Part shown: positions 1 through 13,034 of the stretch, piece after piece | Layout: each line of letters opens with the position of its first letter | Numbering within the stretch: the stretch's first letter is position 1 | Assembly: GCF_006345805.1 (NCBI RefSeq) | Contig: NC_043008.1 | Span: 63,054,001 to 63,118,000 of the forward strand | Length of the DNA stretch: 64,000 bases | Reading direction: 5' to 3' | DNA from: Octopus sinensis | Taxonomy: Eukaryota | Made by a program: the position numbers and the translations under genes | The notes under the pieces: model-generated | What the model saw: only the letters and a program-made list of their open reading frames with translations | What the model was told of the DNA's origin: nothing | Database searches by the model: none

Positions 1-120
1 GGAACTGGCAAGCCAGAAGACTGCACCAGGCTTCACTGTCTGATTTGGCATGGATTTTACAGCTGTCTGCCCTTCCTAACAGCAACCACTCAGCAGAGTG
101 TACTAAACGCTTTTTACATT
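1..120 (-). mobile_element. RTE-tail family D fragment
   Basis: Matches the tgcccttcctaac..caaccactc motif seen in the copies at 11010, 44628, 61900 and 63075. Confidence 0.7.
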
Positions 121-1279
121 GCTCCAATTACTAATAAACCTCTGCACTAATTTGTCTGTCTTTGATTACATTAAATTTCCATTATTTTTTTGTCTTTAAA
201 AATACGGTTGGCTCTGTTCTAAAAGGCTACATGCAGAAAGGAAGTGCATTTGTAAGAAATCTCTCAGTAAAATCTTTCACCAAAAGTGTGTCACATCACA
301 AAATGTTGGTAATATTTGTTTTGAATAATTAAAATCTTTAAGACATTTAATATCAATTAAGTAAAGCAGATGGATTCTTAATGTTGATGTTTCTATTTTT
401 GGCAGAAATGACATTATAATGGCACATGCACAAAAATATCCCTAATGCTGCAATGATGAGCTTCTCTCAACAGCTTTCTACTTCATTAGAATTTTATAAG
501 CTGTATCACTATCTGAGTAAATTATTATTCTGGTTAGTTTTATTAAAAACTATAAAACAATATAACAACTTGGTTTCATTATCTTTAATTTATGGAAGGA
601 AGTTAGTGACAGAAATTTTAGCAGAAGGATATTTCAATGCTCCATACAGTTCCTCATTTCTAGTAGTTACTTTATATTATGTCACATAGTAATTTGAATG
701 TGTAACTATGTTGCTGCGTATCTGTGAATACAGAAAGGAATTTGATAGAAGAAAAATACATGAAAAAAGAGAAAGAATTTTAGTAATGCGAAAGTGCAGG
801 GATGATTAACCGAAATGGAATTAAGAGGTTTAACGTCATCATATCTTGACGGTTTAAGACATTTGTGCGTTTGTTTTATTATGGCTTTTCTTTTTCTAAT
901 ATGATTATTGTTGTAAGGTTGTCAGGGAAATAGTTTAATCTACAATCAAATTTAGATAAAACATTTAAATTTTATGGATGAAATGATATTAACTTCAAAA
1001 GAAAACCATTAGCAACTGATTATATCAGAATACGAATTTCAATACAACATTTGTTTTTAATCTGAAAATTTCAAAAAAAAAAAAATAAATAAATAAATAA
1101 ATGCTAATTTTATTGTATTTATTATCTTAATCTTATTTTGACTCTGTTGTATTTACAAACCAGATATTTTTATATTCAAATTATAGTTTTCAATAAATTT
1201 GGATAATTAGCAAAATCTGTTCAGCAGTTAAATGTTTGCCATTGTAACAGGAGGTTTATTGTCTGTTACACGATGTAGA

Positions 1280-1291
1280 TTAACAGAGATT

Positions 1292-1322
<31 letters not shown>

Positions 1323-1600
1323 CCATCATCGTCCTTATCATCATTATCATCATCGTCATCAACACTGTTATCAATATTTTTATCATGATGATGATGATCA
1401 TCATCATCATCATCATTATCGTCGTTATCATAATCATCGTTATCATCATCATCATTATCATCATCATCACCATCATCATGAACACTGTTATCAATATTTT
1501 TATTATCATCAACATCATTATCATTGTTGTTGCTGTTATTATTATTGTTTTTGTTGTTGTTGTTGTGGTTATTGCTATTATTTCCTTTACACACAACATA
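1280..1600. repeat. Compound (CAT)n/(TGT)n microsatellite with an internal ~120-bp duplication
   Basis: aacactgttatcaatattttt occurs at 1361 and 1481 inside CAT repeats. Confidence 0.95.
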
Positions 1601-1604
1601 TTAG

Positions 1605-1944
1605 ATTATGCAAAAATATTCCTAACATCAGGCTGCAACAAGTAACCTTAGATGCCAGGAACCTTCCTTTGTATCCTAGCTGTCCCTAATAACACTGCTT
1701 TCTGGAGCTGTATTAAACTTGGTTTTATGCCAATTTCCTCTATCCATCTGTGCAAATCTTTAGGGACAGTTTCCAATGCACCTATAGCTACAGGGATATA
1801 TTCCACCTGCACTTCCCATCGCCTCTACAACTCAATGGCTGGGTTCTGATACCTTGCCGTTTCCTCTATGCCTCTCATATTGGTTTTCTCATCATTTGGG
1901 ACTGCAAAGGGAATTACCTGGCACTTTCAAATTTTTTGTCTACA

Positions 1945-1945
<1 letters not shown>
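1605..1945 (-). mobile_element. R4/Dong-type (RLE) non-LTR retrotransposon, 3' end
   Basis: Minus strand reads ...EETARYQNPAIEL*RRWEVQVEYIPVAIGALETVPKDLHRWIEEIGIKPSLIQLQKAVLLGTARIQRKVPGI*, the typical RLE-LINE C-terminus. Confidence 0.85.
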
Positions 1946-2001
<56 letters not shown>

Positions 2002-2011
2002 GTTACTACTA

Positions 2012-2055
<44 letters not shown>

Positions 2056-2080
2056 ACTACTACTGTGACTGTTGCTGCTG

Positions 2081-2116
<36 letters not shown>
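1946..2116. repeat. (CTA)n/(CTG)n compound microsatellite
   Basis: Directly visible. Confidence 0.97.
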
Positions 2117-2117
<1 letters not shown>

Positions 2118-2224
2118 CAGATATGGAAGCCTGCAGGTGCTAAATCTGGTGAATAGGGCATGTGCAGAAGTGATACTGTGTTGAATTTTGGCAGGAAATG
2201 GAAGAGTAAGGAGAGCTTGTTGAT

Positions 2225-2681
2225 ACTCTTTTACTCTTTTACTCGTTTCAGTCATTTGACAGTGGCCATGCTGGAGCACCACCTTTAGTTGAGAAAATCA
2301 ACCCCAGGATTTATTCTTTGTAAGCCTATTACTTAATCTATCGGTCTCTTTTGCCAAACCGCTAAGTTATGGGAATGTAAACACACCAGCATCGGTTGTC
2401 AAGTGATGTTGGGGGGACAAACACAGACACATAAACATATACACACGCATACATATATATATATGTATATATATATATTATATATATATATATATATATA
2501 CACATACATACCTATATACGACTGGTCTCTTTCAGTTTCCGTCTACCAAATCCGCTCACAAGGCTTTGGTCAGCCCAAGGATATAGTAGAAGACAATTGC
2601 CCAAGGTGCTGCGCAGTGGGAATGAACCTGGAACCATGTGGTTGGTAAGCAAGCTACTTACCACACAGCCACTCCTGTGCC
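2225..2681 (-). mobile_element. tRNA-derived SINE family A, full length
   Basis: On the minus strand: head ggagtggctgtgtggtaag with B-box ggttcattcc, internal (TA/CA)n, tail aaagagtaaaagagta. Confidence 0.9.
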
Positions 2682-3234
2682 ATTGTCGTCATGAAGAATC
2701 CAATTGCTTGCACTCAAAGGATCCATTCCCTTTCACTGAAGTGTCCTCCCTCAAATGCTTCCAAATGTCACAATAGAACTCTTGACTGATAGTTTGGCCC
2801 TGGATGAGGAATTCTTGATGCACAATACCATGGATTTGGAAAAAACTATGAACATTTTCTTGAGTGAGCTGCAGCTCTCTCATGCCTTTTGAATCACCCA
2901 TGCCACTCGAAACATTGCACACAACCCATTGCTTCATTGCTATAAGCTTGCCAGAACATACTCAATGTCTCTGTAACAGACTTCCCAAGTTTAATGCAAA
3001 ATTTCACATTGGCTCTTCTTTCCAAATTCCTGTGCACAACAAAAGTCGCAGACTACAGCATACACGTGATCACAAAAACACAAATTTCACAATTTGCAAA
3101 ATAAACACAGTATTATCACTTGGTACACTGCTTCGTGAAGGTCACTGCTAGCTCTCACTGTGCACACAACCATGTGTTACCATATGTTGATGCACTACAG
3201 AACTAGTATGGAAACTTTTTCATTCCACCTCATA
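2682..3234 (-). mobile_element. mariner-type DNA transposon, internally deleted
   Basis: Minus strand reads EQRAN.KFCIKLGKS.TETLSM..QAY..EAM and FFQIHGIVHQEFLIQGQTISQEFYCDIWKHLRE; TIR-like end gaaactttttcattccacctca followed by TA. Confidence 0.85.
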
Positions 3235-3479
3235 TTTCTTAATTCTAGTATTTTACTAATTTCATCTTCACACCACTTATCAGTATGATTAAATCTTAGC
3301 TTTCTACAGAACTCCCAGGAAACTATTCTCTATAGGCTGTCATGTCTTTTCTTGTATTCTTTTTTGTGTCAGCATACTACATTCACTAACAATATGAATA
3401 ACACTTACTTCCTTTGACTTTCATAGCCTACATTGGGAATCCACCTAAATTTTTATCCATCTTGGTTTTTATCCAATTA

Positions 3480-3672
3480 GTCCTCAATGCCTGATCTGGT
3501 GTTGGTGCAACATAAAAAGCACACAGTACACTCTGTCGAGTGGTTGGCATTAGGAAGGATATCCAGCAAGCTGAAATAGAAAATGGAATTTGATGCAGTC
3601 CCTGGCCTTAACAGTCCCTGATAGACCATCCAACCCATGTCAGCATGGAAAACAGACGTTAAATGAGGATGA
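3480..3672 (+). mobile_element. RTE-tail family D, decayed
   Basis: ggttggcattaggaagg...catggaaaacagacgttaaatga. Confidence 0.75.
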
Positions 3673-4498
3673 ACTGTGTACTGTAGGCCAACATTTAATC
3701 TACAAACCCACTCAGCTGTCTGTGCTACCAAGTCGCTTTTGGTGCTTCAAAGTTGTGAAGTAATCAACCATTGCTCTTTTGGCATAAGATTTGCTTACTT
3801 GAAGGTTCATATTCGCTCAGATTCAAACCAATCACTAACTCTTGTTAAGTTACTGAAAACTGTAACACAATGAAATTGTTCCAAGAATAATTTGTGTAAA
3901 AATTATAATAATCTACTGATAGATGAATATAAGTTAGTACTTGTTGGTTATTGTCTCATTCTGACTTACCAAAAATAGATTTGACTTCATAATTCTATTT
4001 GTCTTTTCTTTTTTGTCATCTATTAAGTTTTATCATTATAGATAACCAATAGTGTTGCAGTTTAGCAGTTGCCATGGTTATTCATAATCCGGGGTGGGGG
4101 CAGAGGAAGTTTGTTCTTCTTAGTAATTCCCTATGTAATAAATACAAAATGATAGTCATGAAGGAAATCATTTATGTTAAACAATATTGTGTATAGAATA
4201 TAAAAATAACATTAAACAGTAAAGAGAACAGAATAAGTGTATCAGACTGTAAACATTTCAAGTGGTTCTTAATCTGTACTAATGCTGCTGTTACAGTGAA
4301 TAAGTACATACATATAACCAATATCCACTTTCAATTGTTTTGAGACGATGTGATTATCTTTGTATTTCCTGAGAAATACATAAATCTATATCATTTATTA
4401 ATATGTGTACAATTAGTGGGAGAAATCAGTTAACAGATATATGCAATTTGGTGAGCTATTGAAGTTAGGTTCCAGTTAAACAATCTATATCTATAAAA

Positions 4499-4910
4499 CA
4501 GTCCTTGGACGAAAATTGTATGCACACTTTGCTTTGACGGTTAATGGCGACCAAACCGAGGCTAGGATCGAGCTGAAAATTGGCAGGGATACTAAATGCA
4601 TGATGAGGATGAGACCCGCGATGGTTACCACAGTTCCTCCAAATTTACTTTATGATTGATGTAGGTCAACAAACCCGAAGGAGGTGTCAACATTTCAGAT
4701 GATGAGTCATGTTAGACACAGTGCCGACAGCTGCAAAAGAGAGTATATCCACTGACAGCTTCTCGGTGCATTCAAAATTCACATAACCCCCACAGGTTTG
4801 GGCCTGAAATACTCCAAACGAACGCACCGCATGTTGCTTAGTCGAATTAGCCCATCATTTACTCCACAAATGTTTTGTTGTCAATGCTGCACTTTCCCAT
4901 ATCACCTGTT
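4499..4910. mobile_element. Possible Tc1-like transposon left end
   Basis: CpG-richer block starting cagtccttggacgaaaattgtatgcacac, which resembles a Tc1 TIR; no partner TIR or transposase motif found. Confidence 0.35.
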
Positions 4911-5224
4911 TCAACATAACTGTAATATATCATGTACAAACTATGCCATTTTAATCCCGAGCAATGCCAAGTGTCTCTGCTAGTATAATCTAAATGAAAG
5001 GAAAGCCAATGTAATTTTAAAGGCAAGATATCAGTGAACTTGCTACTGAAGGATTCCTTCTTATTTTGCAAGAAAAGCTTTTAGAACATTCATTAATTTA
5101 TTAGAAAATCTTTATGTTGTCTGAAATGGTCATCATGTTAATTTCTAGCATTTCCACAAAAATACAAGAAATCAGATGAATTCCTACACTCTGGTATTTT
5201 AATATAATCCAATGCAGGAAAACG

Positions 5225-5440
5225 TTGGTTTCAACATTTGGCACAAGGCCAGCAGGTGTGGGCGAGGGGCTGAGTCAATTAAATCAGTCCCAATGTTCAA
5301 CTGATACTTATATTATTGAACCGAAAGGATGAAAAGCAAAGTTGACCCCAGCAGAATTTGAACTTGGAACGTTAGGACAGGCAAAATGCCACTTAGCATT
5401 TTGCCCCATGTGCTAACGATCCTGCCAGTTCATCACCTTT
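5225..5440 (-). mobile_element. SINE family B (B2 tail variant)
   Basis: gaatttgaact B-box complement; gaaaggatgaaaagcaaagttgacc core. Confidence 0.8.
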
Positions 5441-6615
5441 TGATGCAGAAAACAATTAATTCACTATCCGACATTTTATGACCCTTAAATTTCTGTTCAA
5501 CAATATTTCTATTCAGTATTATTATGAGAGTAACATGAGTTATAGAAATCTGGATATTTGGCATCTTTAACTTTGGGAAATATCACAGAAATATTAGCAT
5601 CTTCTATAGCTTGCTGCAATTCCATCAAAACTTTGATGGCCCTACAATACAACATCTCTTTGTGTGTCACAATACTGCATCATCTTTACTAACCGGAGGA
5701 AACTATGAGTAACTAATGCTCTTAAATGATTTATTTAATCTTTCCTTCTCTTTGTCATTCCCTCTTTCTCCAACACTTCCTCACTCTCTCTCTCCCCTCT
5801 CACCCCCTCTCTTTCTCTTGCTATTTCCTTCCTTTTACCACCATAACAGGCATTTTCTATACTCCACATTCATTAATATACCTAGTGACATTACCAAACT
5901 TCTTTATTTTTAAATTAATTCTAAATATAGTAACTGTGACAAACTGCCTCACATTCTTTCATTGTAAATTTATTTCTCCTATTTAAGTTATCTTCTTCAT
6001 TTCCACAGACTACAAGTATATACATCTTTGTTATTTCCTTTATTTAATTTCTTTTGAATCAGCAATTTATGTTCTAATATTGTACATATTATTACTATGC
6101 TATTACAATTATTATGCTACAGTACTGGTTGTAATTAGATGAGGGAATAGCCATAGTTTCTTGCAGAGCCAGGAGATTTGGGAATATCTAACAGAATTAA
6201 ATAACAAAGCCAATAAAAAGGAGATGAGTTCCTTGTGAGCCAACAGTATGCATATTCTTTGAAACAGACAGTGCCATCAAAATTACCAAAACCACTGGTA
6301 TTGTAGAGTAGAATATTTAATTCTAAATCAGATTAGTCAGTACCTGGGTTTATGAAGAAATCCCAAAATCAATAGGAATGAAAACGATAGGTAAAAAATA
6401 CAGGTGCTCCAACAGCAGAAATGCTATTAAAATGAATTAAGTTGACATTGTTAAAGAATTCCCAAACACAATTAATGCTACCCTAGATCTTTATCTCATT
6501 GTCCTTGGTAGGTTTACTCTGTGATATGAAAGTTAGCTTTTAGGGAGACATAAATTAATTTCTACATGTTGACGCATAGTTAATATAATTACCAGTAAAT
6601 ATAGCTTTCCTTCAT

Positions 6616-6766
6616 AGCTTTGTTATTTAATTACTAATCTAGAGCACGAGGAGATAATTCTCTAATAACTCTATTTGTAAACATTTGTCGAATTTGTAGA
6701 CAAGAACAATGGGAAAAATCACTTGTGGTTGGCTAAATGACTGACTGGGTTTCTGAAGGCTAAGTT
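6616..6766 (+). repeat. Left arm of a 151-bp inverted repeat (partner 10185-10335)
   Basis: 149/151 identity to the reverse complement of 10185-10335, compared base by base. Confidence 0.95.
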
Positions 6767-8489
6767 TCAGATAACAAATTACTTTGCTTCACACATGACA
6801 AGTGGTTTCATGTTATCTCCATGTTTTACCTTATAGCCATATGCAACACTAACACACAAAGATCCTGTGAAGAAAATCAACAGCTTTTTGTTTGCTGCAT
6901 TTTGTTTTGATTTAGGTAGCTCTTGTTTCGTAAGCAGAACACTTTCTTATCAGCAACTAATGTTAAAGATTAAGCCTGATGGTTCATGTTTGGTATCACG
7001 AATAGAAAAGAGGCTTTTCACTTTAAAAGCAGACTTTAGCTGTATCTCAAATATATTTCAGAACATTTCGGTTTTCTCGATACAGTAAAAGGTAAAAGTC
7101 AGTGTAAGTAAGAATGAAAAGGAGTAAAGAGAATGGTGTTGAGAGGGAATCAAGAAATGATATGGACAGTAATTAGAAAATAAATTAATATTAATTGGGA
7201 AAGATACTGGTAGTATAAATCTGTCCAGAGAGATAATTATTTTTAAAGGAAGAGAAAGACAGACTGTTATTAAATACAAGCACAAAAACTTTAAAATGAT
7301 ATTAATAATTGAACCTTGACAAAGTTCTTTGTTATTTCTTTTATTTAATTTATTTTGAATCAGTAACATATCTTCTATTATCTTCCATATTATTACTATG
7401 CTATTACAATTATCATACTACAATAAAAAAAATAATGATCATTAAGTTTTCCTTTGTTAAATTCCACGATGCATTTTCTTGAAAGCATCAAATTGATCAA
7501 AATTACTGTGACTTACCTGGACTAGACTTAACAAAAAAAAAATATTTAAATTTTCAACAAATAATTTTAAAGTAAAATTTCAATAAACTGATACAAAAGA
7601 AATCAAATATCGAACTTAATTTCATAAAATCATTTGCCCTATTTTAGTATATAAAGCATTTTAGTATTTTTCCAAATATTTGTGTATTTCAATCAAGTCT
7701 GCATTATTTTACATCACTATGCTGCCATGCTTAATTTCCATCATCTTTTCTTTTCATTTATTTTCCAAAAAACTAGAAATGGTGAAAAGTTGTTAGATTA
7801 TATATTCATCAATTTTTGCTAATATATATTTGACAAAGAATATTTGCCATTTATCATTTATTGATTTGATATCAATTTCAACTTTCTAACTTACAGTTTT
7901 TTTTTACATCAGATATAAATACGACTAGAAGATAATCAAATTTAATACTTTGAGTTGAATTGCCATATGTCAGTTCATTCAATGAGTCTTAGTCTATTTG
8001 AATCAATCTCACTGTATTTTATGGCTATTTTTAATTTCTATTTTAAACCCTTGCAGAGATAAATACAAAAGATGTTTAATGAAGCTACAGTCTGAAAATA
8101 TATTGATTTGATCAATTTGCTGATTTTGCCTCAGATCACTTTAAGCCTGTAATAATAGATTAAAAACAGAGTCTTGTTTCTAATATATCACATACAAATA
8201 TGTAACAAATGTAAATAGCAAGTAATGTAAAGTCTGCTTGGTAACACAAACACAAGAAATTTTAAGAATCAATGTGTGCATGCCTGTCTGTGTATGTATG
8301 TGTAAATAAATACATACATTATATAAACATATACACATATATACTTACTAGTTGCCAATCTTTCCATCCTGACGATAGAGACTGGTTTTACCATGATGTT
8401 TAAATGCATCTGCCACTTGTTGCATTTCTTGACCTTTTGCATACACTGACTTCCAACATTGCAGCTGTTACATAGTTCTGAACCATCAG

Positions 8490-8655
8490 AAACAGCTGTG
8501 GTAAGAAACTTGCTTCCCAGACTCATGATTCTGGGTTCAGTCCCACTGCGTGGCACCACCATGGGCAAGTGTCTTCTGCTATAGCCTCGGGCCAACCAAA
8601 GCCTTGTGAGTGGATTTGGTAGACAGAAACTGAAAGCAGCCCATCGTATATATAC
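8490..8655 (+). mobile_element. SINE family A, head half
   Basis: gctgtggtaag...ggttcagtcccactgcgtggcacc...ggatttggtagacagaaactgaaag. Confidence 0.85.
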
Positions 8656-10184
8656 ATATAAGTTCAGCAAAATTTAGATTCAGATGAATATGGTACTTAA
8701 GTTAAAGGCAACAGAATTTTGTATGGTATTATCCATATAAATCAAACGGGATGATTATAATCAAAATAAGCAACAAGTATATCCAAGGTAGAGTAGTACA
8801 ATTGCTTCATGCTACTTCATTTTATCAAACACTGTAAGTATTACATCAGTTTTAAAATGTCAAGCAATCCTCAGCCACTTAGAGATTTTTCCAATTAAAT
8901 GGACAATGCACATTCTTATCCCTATTTTATTTGCCAACATTATAAAGAGGGTAAATATATAGACAGAGAGGTTGATGTCATTCTTAAGAACATGGTAGTA
9001 GTATATTCACTCTCTGACTGTAGATTTTATCATTGAATTCACTTTGTTATTGAGATCTGTCAGTGGGGAGGGGTTTTATTCTTAGTTGAATGGAGACAAA
9101 CAAGATTTTTTTCTATTTATAGATATAGGAAGGAGTAGTACAAATGTCAAAACCATAAACCCATTCCCATTTTGAGGAATTCAGTTTAGATGTATTTGAA
9201 TGTTTTATAGCAAAACGCTAGTAGGTTGAAGTTAGATGGGTAGTGGGAACATAGACTACTAGTCCTCTAGAGGTTTTCAATGTCCCTTACCATTTAACAT
9301 CCAGATTCTATATTAAGAAATTTAAGTAAATATCCTTGAGATAATTTTCTAAAGGATTTCAATAAATATTGGTATCTTATATAGGGATAGAAAATATAGA
9401 AATCATTTCATATTTATATAAATATATATATATCCATTTCAATTAATATAGACTCATAATTAGCTAGTAAATGGTGATTTATTTTATTAATGAGTCAAAT
9501 TAAAAGAATATGTTAGACATAATATTTATTAACTGTGGAAAAAAACTTTATCAATTTAGCAAATATATCAGGAGTCAATAAGATATAATAAAAAGTAATG
9601 GAGGGGAGGTAATCAAGATGAACCAAGTAATTTCCCTCGATATATAGAATTTTGTTTTGTTTTCTTTTTTTTTTTATACTTCATGCCTATTCCTGTTCAT
9701 GTCAGTGTTGATATTATTTATGAAAGCAGAGTTAAGTTGTGTCACAGAGTATATATAGAAATGTAGAAATTAAAACAACACTTGATAGATTATTTATAAG
9801 ATGTTTAGTTACATCTTATTTACATTTCAATAACAAAACTTGATTATTATTTACATAAGGTAAATTTCATAAACAAAATATTGTCAAATCTTCAAATACA
9901 TGTATCATTTACAATTAATGCTATAGAAATGATTGACAGAAGTAACTATTGTACTGGTTGATTTTTTTTTATTTTGATATACTGCCAACAAATTTTGATC
10001 AAAGACTATCTACGTCATCAGTCACATATTAATTTGTTTTAATGTGGCCATATGTCTGTAAGTTTCACTGCCTAAATTTTTCCGTAGCTCCAGTACCATG
10101 TTAAATTTTTTACATTTTTGTTGTTTGTGTATTTATTTTGTAATTGTGTTCCAACATGAGTATGGTCCCATTATTAACCTTTGT

Positions 10185-10335
10185 AACTTAGCCTTCAGAA
10201 ACCCAGTCAGTCATTTAGCCAACCACAAGTGATTTTTCCCATTGTTCTTGTCTACAAATTCGACAAATGTTTACAAATAGAGTTATTAGAGAATTATTTC
10301 CTCGTGCTCTAGATCAGTAATTAAATAACAAAGCT
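10185..10335 (-). repeat. Right arm of the 151-bp inverted repeat
   Basis: Reverse complement of 6616-6766. Confidence 0.95.
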
Positions 10336-10510
10336 GGCAGAATCGTTAGCACGCTGGGCAAAAATGCTTCATGGTATATCACCCGTTGCTCCGTTTTGAG
10401 TTCAAATTTTACCAATGTCAACTTTGACTTTCATCCTTTTGGGGTCAATAAATCGACAATCCCCTCCCCCAAATTTCAGGCCTGATGCCTATGGTACAAA
10501 CGATTATAAA
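10332..10510 (+). mobile_element. SINE family B, 5' end clipped by the inverted-repeat arm
   Basis: agctggcagaatcgttagcacgc...gagttcaaatt...ctttcatccttttggggtcaataaa. Confidence 0.8.
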
Positions 10511-11010
10511 CCTATGTTTGTAAGGAATTTTATGCATTATCCACTTGTATTTTACTAATTTTTTTCTTTTAGTATTGTAGTGTTTCTTAAGACTAATTTT
10601 TGTTGCATATACATGGTGAGCCTAAGAGAGAGTACAGTACTAAGGAGGACAATATAACAGCTTATGTCTAAACACTACTGGGTACTAATTTTTCAGTAAT
10701 TTCCATGGTCGAGCAATCTACCAGCAGAAATCAGTCAACAACATTGACTGTATTTTACAGGATTTGTTCAGAGTTGCCTCTCTTTTGTACCTTCCATTTA
10801 TAAAAGCCAATGAACAAGAAACATCATTGTTTGAGATTCCTGATAGATGGCAACACTGAATAGATAGGGTGTTTTCACAGTTTTTTACCATAAGAGGAAA
10901 ATTTTCTCTATGGTAACTGCCTTTTAGCTGTTGAGAAATGTCACAAATATATTTTAACTAACCTAAATTTTGCTTATGCCTAAACACTGCTAAGCGATAA
11001 TTTTTTGATT

Positions 11011-11207
11011 ATCATCATCATCATCATCATCGTTAACGTCCGTTTTCCGCGCTAGCACGGGTTGGACGGTTCGACCGGGGTCTGGGAAGCCAGGGGCTGC
11101 ACCAGGCTCCAGTCTGATCTGGCAGTGTTTCTACAGCTGGATGCCCTTCCTAACGCCAACCACTCCGCGAGTGTAGTGGGTGCCTTTTACGTGCCACATG
11201 CACAGGT
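11011..11207 (-). mobile_element. RTE-tail family D, young copy
   Basis: CpGs intact; (GAT)n tail; gattat on both flanks as a probable TSD. Confidence 0.85.
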
Positions 11208-11929
11208 GCCAGATTATATATATAGGTAGGCAATATAGATAGTGTCTACCTTGAATAAAATAGATCGATGGCAACATTTTTCTCTCATGGCGAGATATGC
11301 ACCTAATTCAATAAAATTAGGAAGGTTAGTCTGGTTACTATGCATAAAATGCAAAATGTTTTATGTTTTTGTAGATTAGGTAGCCATAATTCACTCCTGC
11401 TTTTTAGTTTCAGTATTTAAGCTATGCATAGTACTGCTGTAGTACATTTCTACAACTCCCTTTTCTTTATGTGCTATAAAGGCAGAAATAGATCTGCCTT
11501 CAACTTAGTCGTGCACCTGTGTTTTGCTTATTATTGGTGTGTTTTACTACATAAAGATTGCCAACTGCCAACTCTGAGTAACTACTGATGGCACGTGCCC
11601 AAGATATATATATGTACAAATTTTAAAATAGGATAAAATCTTTATAAGAATTTCTTGCCTAAATGTGATGCTCCAGCATGGCCGCAATCAAATGGGTAAA
11701 ACAAGTAAAAGAGTAAAAGAGTAAGTAGTTAGTGTGAAAAACCTCATAAGGAAAAATTTATTAATTATCCCTTTAAATATATTCATTTATATTAAAGGTA
11801 TTACTATATATAAATGCCTCACACTAGGAGGGACTCTTAAAGTTGAAACTACCATAATAAACACATTACACATTGTACTGAACGTGAGGGAATGAAACTC
11901 TTGAAGCGAGTCTTTTAAAAATAGATTCA

Positions 11930-11992
11930 GCCGCAGATCATATGATTTCATAATTAGTGCACAAAATGCACTTTTAAATCTTCAGTGCAGGC
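11930..11992 (-). ncRNA. Type I hammerhead ribozyme motif with degenerate stem II base
   Basis: Minus strand: gccugca CUGAAGA uuuaaa-agugca-uuuug-ugcacu-aauuau GAAA ucauauga UC^ ugcggc; stem I pairs and stem III is palindromic. Confidence 0.65.
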
Positions 11993-12049
11993 ATAATCAA
12001 GACACATAAAAATGAACGAAATACATATATATATATAGTCTTTCTCTCT

Positions 12050-12190
12050 CTCTTTGTTTCCTCGTGTTCCTTTCTTTTGAAAGCATAGGATCGAAATGTA
12101 AAAGACTTTCTCACCTTCCTGACAATCAAATTAATACACCTGCTTATTGTTTATACACCTGTCCTCGTTTTTTGATTTTCTGTAAATTTC
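12050..12190 (+). mobile_element. Penelope-like pLTR fragment with a decayed hammerhead
   Basis: Same family as 59430-59610; ttga.agcatagg.tcgaaatgtaaaagac resembles a decayed ...GA gagc-loop-gcuc GAAA CG UA. Confidence 0.55.
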
Positions 12191-13034
12191 AACTATATGT
12201 ATGTATGTATGTATATATGGTTATACATGTATATGTATATAAACATACAGCACACACACAGACCCATACATGCTGAGATACGCTGCATGTTCACTATCAA
12301 AATATATTTCATTATTGATGCAAGTTCAAATTTCATAACTCTGATTGTCAAACAAAACCTGAACAATAACATTGAAAGTTGGAACAGTTTAAAGAAATAC
12401 TCAGGAAAACGGAGAGAAAAAAAAAAAGCATTTGATTGGCTGCATGTGTAGAGATAAATTCAGAAAAATAAAGCATTTGATTGTTTTTGTATAAAAAAAA
12501 ACATTGAAATATATTTTGCGTTCATACAAAAATAACTCCATAAATGAAATACTGGAAGCTATACATTTACACTTGCTTGTATACACGTGTGTTTGTATGC
12601 ATATGTGTGTGCCTGCGTGTGTGTAAATATAGCTCTACACTCACACATTAAAAAGCTTAACACTGTGTCAAAGTGTGTGAACAGAGTCTGTTTATATGTT
12701 GGAAGGCTGATATATAAATGGTAATTGTTGTGTTAAACAATGTATCTAGAAAGAACCTGCCAGAGAGATCTGTACACATTATCATCATCATTATCATTGC
12801 TATTGTCATTTTCATTGTCAACATCATTGCTTTTGTCATCATCATCACAGTTGCTATAAACATCGTTGTCATCCTTGTTGTTATCATCATCATCATCGCT
12901 GCCATTGTTTTTCCATTTGCTTCCATGTTGTTACGAGAGGGATGAATTGTCATATACCGAACCAGTTCTTACTTGCAGCTCTTGTCCATCTAGGTAGGTC
13001 AAAGTTCAGTGTCTTATTTATATGTTCTGTCTCT

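Noticed and set aside
1228-2282. Long ORFs rich in I, M, D, T, Y, L or V
   Set aside because: They are translations of trinucleotide microsatellites. The same applies to the YI, CV and HT ORFs throughout the window.
426-7369. Short ORFs and exon-like segments at 426, 3790-3850, 5530-5650, 6155-6225 and 6835-7088
   Set aside because: Each has only one good splice site or an early stop, and none gives a recognisable protein.
6616-10335. Mutator-type transposon with long TIRs
   Set aside because: No target-site duplication on the flanks (ttccttcat versus ggcagaatc) and no transposase recognised inside.
12130-12170. Paired CACCTG E-boxes as an enhancer
   Set aside because: They lie inside a repeat fragment homologous to 59430-59610.
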